Part shown: piece after piece, positions 63,541-64,000 of the stretch | Layout of the letters: each line of letters starts with the position of its first letter | Numbering within the stretch: the stretch's first letter is position 1 | Assembly: GCA_042408215.1 (NCBI GenBank) | Contig: JAYFMW010000005.1 | Location: 256,001-320,000, forward strand | DNA: 64,000 bases | DNA from: Microcoleus sp. | GTDB lineage: Bacteria > Cyanobacteriota > Cyanobacteriia > Cyanobacteriales > Microcoleaceae | Direction of reading: 5' to 3' | Position numbers and translations under genes: made by a program | The notes under the pieces: generated by a model | What the model was told of the DNA's origin: nothing | The model's database searches: none | The model's input: the letters and a program-made list of their open reading frames with translations, nothing else

Positions 63541-63996
63541 TCAATCTAAAATTGTTAGACCTTGAAAATAGTCCTGCAAATGCTTGTCGCTATTATGGCT
63601 GAACTCGCCCTCCGGCAGCGATGTCGGCAAAAAAGCCTCAACCTCGCTGACTTCGAGTGTATCCTGAACCCCCATTTTTCCCTGCACCTCTGCGGCCACA
63701 ACGATACAAATCGAGTGCAGTCGAGGATCGCGATCGGGCTCTGAATATACTCCCACCAAACGGCGGATTTTTACCAGTTCTAGTCCTGTTTCTTCAGCCA
63801 ATTCACGCCGCACTGTTGTGGTAATATTTTCGCCCCAATCCACCATACCTCCCGGCAGTGCCCAGCAACCATTGTCCCGGCGGCGAATTAACACAATTCG
63901 TCCGTCAGGCAATATGGGGATGATGCCAGTACCAGCGATCGGATGTCGAAATATTAGTCCTAGGACAGTTTGGAAAATTTGCCACAATCGACGCAT
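63541..63996 (-). CDS. NUDIX hydrolase
   Basis: LPGGMVDWGE...RRELAEETG Nudix box. Confidence 0.93.
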   Translation of the reverse strand: MRRLWQIFQTVLGLIFRHPIAGTGIIPILPDGRIVLIRRRDNGCWALPGGMVDWGENITTTVRRELAEETGLELVKIRRLVGVYSEPDRDPRLHSICIVVAAEVQGKMGVQDTLEVSEVEAFLPTSLPEGEFSHNSDKHLQDYFQGLTILD

Positions 63997-64000
63997 ATAT

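Noticed and set aside
1..64000. tRNA, rRNA, riboswitch (e.g. cobalamin near cobB/cobT), prophage or integrase
   Set aside because: No recognisable signatures by eye; a tRNAscan/Rfam run would be needed to exclude weak cases

Overview
Chromosomal window from a filamentous cyanobacterium, probably Oscillatoriales of the Microcoleus/Tychonema type. The evidence is dense HIP1 (GCGATCGC), long heptamer tandem repeats and cyanobacteria-specific gene families. Housekeeping genes include UDP-glucuronate decarboxylase, ugd, mutS2, ppk1, cobB/cbiA, cobT, an atzG/atzE-like pair, rpsU, prfB with its programmed frameshift, a Crp regulator, pgsA, flv3-flv1, two GAF/cyanobacteriochrome kinases and coaX. Accessory DNA is interspersed: (i) a decaying toxin-antitoxin cluster at 0.2-2.1 kb; (ii) a C-protein-controlled type II restriction-modification system whose endonuclease is split by a 165-bp TA-targeting MITE; (iii) an orphan toxin-tip/immunity-like pair; (iv) a stack of three IS200/IS605 (OMEGA) elements at 40.5-43.9 kb, namely an intact IscB with its omegaRNA, a frameshifted TnpB element ending only 10 bp away, and a protein-less omegaRNA-bearing mini-element; (v) several nested MITE/REP families, some inserted in frame within proteins. 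No rRNA, tRNA or CRISPR array was recognised. All family assignments come from reading motifs, not from database searches. One ORF-track entry (20727..21032) is labelled with the wrong strand.
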